Source of the DNA: Candidatus Daviesbacteria bacterium RIFCSPLOWO2_01_FULL_39_23 | GTDB lineage: Bacteria > Patescibacteriota > Microgenomatia > Daviesbacterales > UBA10151 | Direction of reading: 5' to 3' | DNA length: 62,884 nt | Assembly: GCA_001776935.1 (NCBI GenBank) | Contig: MFDN01000003.1 | Span: 1 to 62,884, forward strand | Shown: piece by piece, positions 57,388 to 62,884 of the stretch | Position numbering within the stretch: the first letter of the stretch is position 1 | Layout: every line of letters begins with the position of its first letter | The notes under the pieces: generated by a model | The model's database searches: none | The model's input: the letters and a program-made list of their open reading frames with translations, nothing else | What the model was told of the DNA's origin: nothing | Translations under genes and position numbers: made by a program

Positions 57388-57835
57388 TAAACCATTGCTT
57401 TATATAATTTTAACTTTAGGCCTCCTGTGGGCTAAGATAAGTTATGCAAAATTTGCTTCTGGCAATTTTGTTGCAGAACTTGGAATATCTTTATCCAAAG
57501 TCCAGCCCAAAAATCCCTACCCTTTCTTCAAAGAGTTCTTATCTAATTTTGCTATCCCAAACTCCCAAATTTTTGGGACCATGGTTTTGTATGGAGAAGC
57601 GCTGGTGGCAATTTCTTTAATTTTAGGAAGCAGTTTATTATTGTTTAAAGCCAAAGTTGACAGATTGGCGACTCTATTTTTAATTGCCGGACTTTTGGGA
57701 GGATTATTTTTAAATATTAATTTTTGGTTGGGATTTGGCTGGACCAGTCCGTCAACAGACAGCTTGAATTTGTTAATGGGAGCAATAGAAGGACTCGGCA
57801 TATTCTTTTTAGTAAAACATTTGAAAACTGCTTAA
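57380..57835 (+). CDS. four-TM membrane protein (DoxX-like topology)
   Basis: 151 aa, overlaps the GT gene end by 8 nt. Confidence 0.45.
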   Translation: MINKPLLYIILTLGLLWAKISYAKFASGNFVAELGISLSKVQPKNPYPFFKEFLSNFAIPNSQIFGTMVLYGEALVAISLILGSSLLLFKAKVDRLATLFLIAGLLGGLFLNINFWLGFGWTSPSTDSLNLLMGAIEGLGIFFLVKHLKTA

Positions 57836-57892
57836 TTTTTAAACAGATAACCCTTGCTTTTTTAGAAGCTTTCTGGATATTATAGTTATTCT

Positions 57893-58342
57893 ATGGATGA
57901 CCAGCAACCCCAAACAGCAGCAGAAAAGCCTGCAGAAAATGATGCGGTTTTGCTTCTTCGGATAGAAGAAATGATCAAAACCCATATGTCTCAAATAGAT
58001 ACCCTGCAGGAAGATATTACAAAGCGCAAAGATATGTTGAATGATATTTTTACAAATGATGAAACTTATCAGGAGCATGATAAAATTGCCAAAGAAGCAG
58101 CCAAAGTGCGCACCGGAACAAAACAGCAAATTATGAAAAGGCCGGATGCTGCGGATTTATCTAACCAGCTAAAATCTTTAAAGTCTGAGCAGAAAGAGCT
58201 AAAAGAAGGCTTGTCTGACTATCTAAGAGAGTATCAAAGATTATCAGGTTCTAATGAGATTGAGGGAGAAGACGGAGAACTCCGGGAGATTGTCTACACA
58301 GCCAAACTGGTCAAAAAATCAGCTCAGTTCAGTTCAAGGTAA
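57893..58342 (+). CDS. hypothetical coiled-coil protein
   Basis: 149-aa charged ORF, no family recognised. Confidence 0.45.
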   Translation: MDDQQPQTAAEKPAENDAVLLLRIEEMIKTHMSQIDTLQEDITKRKDMLNDIFTNDETYQEHDKIAKEAAKVRTGTKQQIMKRPDAADLSNQLKSLKSEQKELKEGLSDYLREYQRLSGSNEIEGEDGELREIVYTAKLVKKSAQFSSR

Positions 58343-58362
58343 TTATTTTTTGAAATGCTTCC

Positions 58363-58659
58363 CTATTTTTTTATTTGAGATCTTTCCTGTATTTTTGAAA
58401 CTATTTTATCTGCGAAATCTTTATGTCCTTCACTTTTTAATTCTTCATATGCTCCTGAAGCGGCTCCCCTAAGCATTGCTACAAATTCTCTGTCTACAAA
58501 AACACTATTCTCTTCACCATCTCCCATTTGAAAATCTTTGCCTCCCAGTTTATTTAATTCTTCTGTAAAGTCATAAGCGCCTTTGAGCGCCCTGTCTAGC
58601 ATTCTTGCATATCCTAAGGTCTGCTGACTAAGTGGTTCCCTTTCCTTCATAGTAAGCAA
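58363..58659 (-). CDS. hypothetical protein, paralog of 62480-62812
   Basis: GDGEENSVFVDREFVAMLRGAASGAYEELKSEG aligns with GEEKEAFPIADENFQAVMNGVTRGAFRELKAAG. Confidence 0.5.
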   Translation of the reverse strand: MLTMKEREPLSQQTLGYARMLDRALKGAYDFTEELNKLGGKDFQMGDGEENSVFVDREFVAMLRGAASGAYEELKSEGHKDFADKIVSKIQERSQIKK

Positions 58660-58723
58660 GGATCATACAAGAAATTTTTTAAATAGTCAAACTATGGGGC
58701 TATTTCGCAATTAATGAAATACC

Positions 58724-58744
58724 TTCCCACATTCGATGTGGGAA
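58724..58744. repeat. REP-like hairpin TTCCCAC-ATTCGAT-GTGGGAA (intergenic copy)
   Basis: Identical to the copy inside holB (17300-17320). Confidence 0.65.
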
Positions 58745-58835
58745 TTCGTTTATGTGGAATTTGGTATATCTCATTTACATTATTTTTTGGATATGTAATA
58801 GTTTAATTAATTCTTTAAAGGGAGGGGGTGAATAT

Positions 58836-59360
58836 ATGAATATAAAAAAATTTTTAGCGGGCAGCGCTGCCAGTATTATGATGCTGGGTATTACAGCAAT
58901 TCCGGCTTTTGCCGCCGGCGGATTTGACCAGTATGGCTATAACGATACAGCAAGGATTTTTAATGGTACAGGTTCCAGCTGGTGCCAGGGCAAACTGCAT
59001 TGGAGCAAAGCTGTCTGTGATGCTTATATGGGCATTTACGCAAATGACAAATTAGTCATGAAATGGAATGCTGAATGGGATAGGGGGAATGCTGAAGGAT
59101 GGACTGATCCTAATGGTTATCAGGCATGGACAGATAATGAATGGAATGGAAGAGCTAATGGATCAGGCGAGATTTGGCATTACAAAATAGCCTGGGATAG
59201 AGGTTGTGCAGACTCAGGTACTCCATCAGGAGCAGCTGAGAAAGGAGCTGCTTATTGTATTTGGGGTCCTTTTGCAATGCTGCAAAGTCAGGGATCAGGG
59301 TCAGATAATGTACATTACTGGGATGTGTTGTTGAAACCTGCAGGTTACGGGGCATATTAG
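58836..59360 (+). CDS. secreted Trp-rich hypothetical protein
   Basis: SD GGGAGGGGGTG then MNIKKFLAGSAASIMMLGITAIPAFAAGG signal peptide; the ORF is open from 58752. Confidence 0.6.
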   Translation: MNIKKFLAGSAASIMMLGITAIPAFAAGGFDQYGYNDTARIFNGTGSSWCQGKLHWSKAVCDAYMGIYANDKLVMKWNAEWDRGNAEGWTDPNGYQAWTDNEWNGRANGSGEIWHYKIAWDRGCADSGTPSGAAEKGAAYCIWGPFAMLQSQGSGSDNVHYWDVLLKPAGYGAY

Positions 59361-59375
59361 TTTTGGTAGGATTTT

Positions 59376-59418
59376 AAAACAACCCATCGGTTTTTCAATC
59401 GGCGGGTTGTTTTTTAAT
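59376..59418 (+). terminator. possible intrinsic terminator
   Basis: AAAACAACCC...GGGTTGTTTT stem (up to 10 bp, 18-nt loop) followed by a T-run. Confidence 0.4.
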
Positions 59419-59553
59419 GTCCGGAGGGAGGGATAGAAAGCGTCCGGCTCTGCCGGAACGAACAGTCTTGTCCCTCGAAGACGGGACTACGCAGTTTGAA
59501 TTCTTAATCCTCAAACTTTAAAAATTGGATGCTCGTCATCCTAATTTTTAAAG

Positions 59554-59636
59554 TCCGGAGGGGAGGGTTCGAACCTCCGTAGGGAAATCCCGCCAGATTT
59601 ACAGTCTGGAGCAATTGGCCACTCTGCCACCTCCGG
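59554..59636 (-). tRNA. tRNA-Tyr (anticodon GTA), long variable arm, no encoded CCA
   Basis: Hand-folded cloverleaf. Acceptor CCGGAGG/CCTCCGG, anticodon arm CCAGA-CTGTAAA-TCTGG, 14-nt variable arm, T arm GGAGG-TTCGAAC-CCTCC. Confidence 0.85.
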
Positions 59637-59646
59637 TTTGGTACCA

Positions 59647-59675
59647 ATTATACCCTCAATTTAACTTTGCTTCAA
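59647..59675 (-). promoter_or_regulatory. tRNA-Tyr promoter TTGAAG-17-TATAAT
   Basis: Read on the minus strand; -10 ends 10 nt before the tRNA 5' end. Confidence 0.55.
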
Positions 59676-59696
59676 TGTGAGATTTACTTCTGCTTC

Positions 59697-59705
59697 TGCT
59701 ATAAT
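59697..59705 (+). promoter_or_regulatory. extended -10 element TGcTATAAT upstream of the PBP gene
   Basis: Ends 11 nt before ATG 59717; no SD. Confidence 0.35.
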
Positions 59706-59716
59706 AATTTCAATAT

Positions 59717-62272
59717 ATGACTTCGGGTTCGTGGAAAGCCAGACAGGACAGTAAAAAGATCTGGCGCTTTAAATTTTTATCCAAATTATCTACCGGAATG
59801 CTGGTAATTGTGGTAGGGTTTTTACTTCTTTTGTTTGGGTCAATAATTTTCTTTGCTACCCAAATTCCAAGCCCTCAGGAATTAACAAACCGCGACATCG
59901 CAGAAGCAACTAAAATATTTGATAAAAACGGCGAACTTTTGTATGACATTTATTCTGATGAAAACAGGACCCCTGTAAAACTTGCAGATATTCCTGAGGT
60001 TGTTAAGCAGGCAACAATTGCCATAGAAGATAAAGATTTTTATAAGCATTCTGGTTTTTCGATAATGGGTATTACAAGGTCAGTCTTTGAACTAATTGTT
60101 CACAGGCGGGTTGAGGGCGGTTCCACGCTTACCCAGCAGCTTATTAAAAATGCTCTACTGACGGATGAAAGAACCCTGACCCGGAAGCTGAAAGAATTTA
60201 TTCTGGCTATACAGGTGGAGGGGGCTTATGACAAGAATACAATTTTGGAGATGTATTTAAATGAAATCCCATATGGAGGGACTGCTTATGGTATAGAATC
60301 TGCTGCGAATTTATATTTTGGCAAATCAGCCCATGATCTTAATCTCGCAGAAGCTTCACTTCTTGCAGGACTTCCGCAGAGGCCGTCTGTTTATTCCCCT
60401 TACGGTTCGCGTCCTGAACTGGCCAAAGTAAGACAAAAGGAAGTTTTAAGAAGAATGGTAGATGACGGCTATATTACTCAAGCGCAGGCAAAAGAGGCTG
60501 AAAATGAGGAACTTACCTACAGGACCAGTAAAAGCGAGCAGGGTTTTAAAGCACCCCACTTTGTTTTATATGTTAAAGAAAAATTAATAGAACAATTCGG
60601 TGACAAAATGGTGGAGCAGGGTGGCTTGCGCGTTACCACAACTTTGGATTACGAATTGCAAAAAAAGGCAGAAGAGATAGTTAAAAAGGAAATTGAAAGT
60701 CTTGCTTCTGCTAAAGTCGGCAACGGCGCGGCAGTTGTGTTGGAAGCAAAAACTGGGCAAATTTTGTCTATGGTGGGCAGTAAGGATTATTTTGGGGATT
60801 CTTTGCCGGAAGGCTGTAAGGAAGGATTGGAATGTAAATTTGAGCCGAATGTGAATGTGACACTCCGCCCGAGACAGCCGGGTTCAGCCACCAAGCCGGT
60901 TGCTTATGCCAAAGCTTTGGAAAAAGGATATACGGCAAGTCAGGTTTATATGGATGTCCGTACTGAATTTCCCGGCGGAGATCAGCCTAATTACGTTCCT
61001 GTAAATTATGACGGGCAATATCACGGGCCGGTACAAATGAGATATTCACTGGGCAATTCTTATAATATTGCGGCTGTTAAGAATTTGGCTTTAACAGGCG
61101 TAAAAGATGTGATGGAGCTTGGGTATAGGATGGGCTTGACCACATGGGAGCCGTCGGAGGAAAATATTTCTAATGTAGGTCTTAGTTTGGTGCTTGGAGG
61201 AAGAGAAACGAGGCTATTGGATTTAACATCTGCTTATGCAGTTTTTGCAAATAAAGGTGCGCAGCTTGATCCGGTTTCCATACTGAAGGTTACAAACAGC
61301 AAAGGCAAAACCCTTTTTGAATACCGCCAGCCTGAGGGTAGAAAGGTTTTGGATCCGGGTATTGCCTATATTATTTCTGATATTTTATCTGATAACGGCG
61401 CAAGAACTGCGGCTTTTGGTTCAAATTCAGTATTAAATATTCCCGGTAAAGCTGTGGCTGTAAAAACCGGTACTACGGATAAAAAAGAGAGCAATTTGGC
61501 TGTGGGATATACGCCTTCGGTGGTGGTGGGGGTTTGGGTCGGTAATAATGATAATTCGGTGATGAGTTCAACCATTGCTTCCGGCGTCACAGGCGCTTCC
61601 CCTATTTGGAATAAAATCATGAAGGCTGTTTTGCAGGATAAGCAAAATGAGCCTTTTGAAAAGCCTTCAAACGTAGTGCAGGCAGAAGTTGACGGGTTGA
61701 TGACTGGTAGGACTCATGGAGGTTCTCCCACCAGAAAAGAATATTTCATAGCAGGTACAGAGCCTAAAGGAGAATCAGGGGTCTATCAGCGCAGAAAGGT
61801 TTGTAAGGCTAATCCGCACAGGTTGGCAAACGATAATGAAGATAATGAAGAAAAAGACGTTATAGTTTTGCAGGAAAATGACCCGACAGGTGCTAATAAA
61901 TGGCAGGCAGGAATAGATGCATGGGTGCTAACTTCAGCTGACCCGCGCTTTGTGGGAGCAACTGTAGGATGTGCGGGAGTGCCCGGGTTTACTGCAGGCA
62001 CAGGGGGGGTTATAGAGATTGTTAATGTAGGAAATGGGGCAAATGTGCCGAGAGTTTTTGATGTTTTGGCTAAAGCTAATTCCCCTGCCGGAGTTAAGAA
62101 AATCACCTGGTCAATAGACAGCGCGCAAAAAAGCACCCAAACATCTGAACCGTTTGCGCTGCACGTCGAATTTCCGCAGGGAGATAAAGGTTCGCATACC
62201 ATAACAGTTACTTTGGAAGATAATAACGGCGGAATGTTTTCCCACTCAATAGGTGTTACTATAGCTTTATAG
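59717..62272 (+). CDS. class A penicillin-binding protein (transglycosylase/transpeptidase, PBP1A family) with C-terminal extra domain
   Basis: EDKDFYKHSG, GGSTLTQQL, RKLKE (GT51); SATK, SYN, KTGT (transpeptidase). Confidence 0.9.
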   Translation: MTSGSWKARQDSKKIWRFKFLSKLSTGMLVIVVGFLLLLFGSIIFFATQIPSPQELTNRDIAEATKIFDKNGELLYDIYSDENRTPVKLADIPEVVKQATIAIEDKDFYKHSGFSIMGITRSVFELIVHRRVEGGSTLTQQLIKNALLTDERTLTRKLKEFILAIQVEGAYDKNTILEMYLNEIPYGGTAYGIESAANLYFGKSAHDLNLAEASLLAGLPQRPSVYSPYGSRPELAKVRQKEVLRRMVDDGYITQAQAKEAENEELTYRTSKSEQGFKAPHFVLYVKEKLIEQFGDKMVEQGGLRVTTTLDYELQKKAEEIVKKEIESLASAKVGNGAAVVLEAKTGQILSMVGSKDYFGDSLPEGCKEGLECKFEPNVNVTLRPRQPGSATKPVAYAKALEKGYTASQVYMDVRTEFPGGDQPNYVPVNYDGQYHGPVQMRYSLGNSYNIAAVKNLALTGVKDVMELGYRMGLTTWEPSEENISNVGLSLVLGGRETRLLDLTSAYAVFANKGAQLDPVSILKVTNSKGKTLFEYRQPEGRKVLDPGIAYIISDILSDNGARTAAFGSNSVLNIPGKAVAVKTGTTDKKESNLAVGYTPSVVVGVWVGNNDNSVMSSTIASGVTGASPIWNKIMKAVLQDKQNEPFEKPSNVVQAEVDGLMTGRTHGGSPTRKEYFIAGTEPKGESGVYQRRKVCKANPHRLANDNEDNEEKDVIVLQENDPTGANKWQAGIDAWVLTSADPRFVGATVGCAGVPGFTAGTGGVIEIVNVGNGANVPRVFDVLAKANSPAGVKKITWSIDSAQKSTQTSEPFALHVEFPQGDKGSHTITVTLEDNNGGMFSHSIGVTIAL

Positions 62273-62483
62273 TGCCGTTTTTGAACCTACTATTAAGACG
62301 AAGTATCGGGCAATTACTCGGTTTTCCTTGTATAGTTCGTCTCATCGTTTCGCTTACTGCAATATGATATATTTTGTACCCTTCTGGTATAAAAGTGGCT
62401 TCTGGACACCTTCTACCATTATCCCATTCACAATTATCACAGTGGCCTGTTAAAGATGAGATATTAGCTTCAAGATTTTTCAT
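62259..62483 (-). CDS. small Cys-rich hypothetical protein
   Basis: 74 aa; CDNC...C...C pattern; start overlaps upstream ORF stop (4 nt). Confidence 0.4.
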   Translation of the reverse strand: MKNLEANISSLTGHCDNCEWDNGRRCPEATFIPEGYKIYHIAVSETMRRTIQGKPSNCPILRLNSRFKNGTIKL

Positions 62484-62812
62484 CTCTTCTTACTCTCGAG
62501 ACATTCAGCTGTTTCGACAGTTACCTCAAACAGTAGCAGACTTGCTATTCTTTTTAGTCCTGCTGCTTTCAGTTCGCGGAATGCACCACGAGTTACGCCG
62601 TTCATTACAGCTTGAAAATTCTCATCCGCTATAGGGAATGCTTCTTTTTCTTCTCCCACCACATATTCTGAAATGATACCCTGTGAACCGGGTAACTTAC
62701 CCTGAGTGTTGTTTAACGCACTTTGCATAATTCGTATATTCTTAATTCTCTCAAGGGCTTTAAGATAAAGCCTTAATTGCTGATTTGATCCGGCAATCTC
62801 TAATTCTTTCAT
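62480..62812 (-). CDS. hypothetical protein, paralog of 58363-58659
   Basis: 110 aa; see the alignment noted for 58363-58659. Confidence 0.5.
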   Translation of the reverse strand: MKELEIAGSNQQLRLYLKALERIKNIRIMQSALNNTQGKLPGSQGIISEYVVGEEKEAFPIADENFQAVMNGVTRGAFRELKAAGLKRIASLLLFEVTVETAECLESKKR

Positions 62813-62884
62813 ACATTGAGAAGTTTTCTGCCCTATACTATTATAAGTTTATATTAAAGTCAACTATATGTATAGGCAGGCCAC

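Noticed and set aside
59419-59500. A second tRNA gene next to tRNA-Tyr
   Set aside because: Only the T-arm/acceptor 3' half is recognisable. There is no matching 5' acceptor strand, D arm or anticodon arm, so it is treated as a degenerate partial copy.

Overview
AT-rich, tightly packed bacterial chromosome segment read with the standard genetic code. All calls rest on motifs recognised by eye in the ORF track; no database search was run.

Gene content and style suggest a Candidate Phyla Radiation / Patescibacteria (Microgenomates-like) genome, by inference. Supporting signs are an archaeal-type TyrRS, a secretin-less type IV pilus locus, fused biosynthetic genes, inserts inside conserved proteins and very many tiny repeats.

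Layout:
- 1-2.4 kb: small accessory ORFs and a RAYT/IS200-like Y1 transposase flanked by REP-like hairpins.
- 2.4-17.4 kb: gyrA, a PRTase, a def-ddl fusion, murD, a histidine phosphatase, murI, murC, serC, a serB-serA fusion, gyrB and holB.
- 17.4-33.8 kb: a complete type IV pilus locus (pilB, pilT, pilC, pilin, pilD, about 11 more pilin-like genes, pilM, pilN, pilO).
- 33.8-40.4 kb: trmD, a KH protein, rpsP, rnc, an ACP-like gene, nusB, rpmF, recG and tyrS.
- 40.5-51.1 kb: a membrane protein and the F1Fo ATP synthase operon. The operon is split between atpD and atpC by a three-gene block containing two carbonic-anhydrase-like proteins.
- 51.1-62.9 kb: a YafQ/DinJ-type TA pair, hypothetical genes, three family-2 glycosyltransferases, tRNA-Tyr, a class A PBP and small unknown ORFs.

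Three families of small repeats are superimposed on this:
- MITE-like elements with GTCATYCTGAG inverted termini.
- CCCAC-loop-GTGGG REP-like hairpins.
- Low-complexity word hairpins.

Many copies of these lie in frame inside essential genes.

Most interesting candidates:
- The CsoSCA-like / mini beta-CA pair inside the atp operon.
- An IVS-type four-helix-bundle ORF nested in a hairpin and fused in frame to a minor pilin.
- The repeat families that are translated inside housekeeping proteins.
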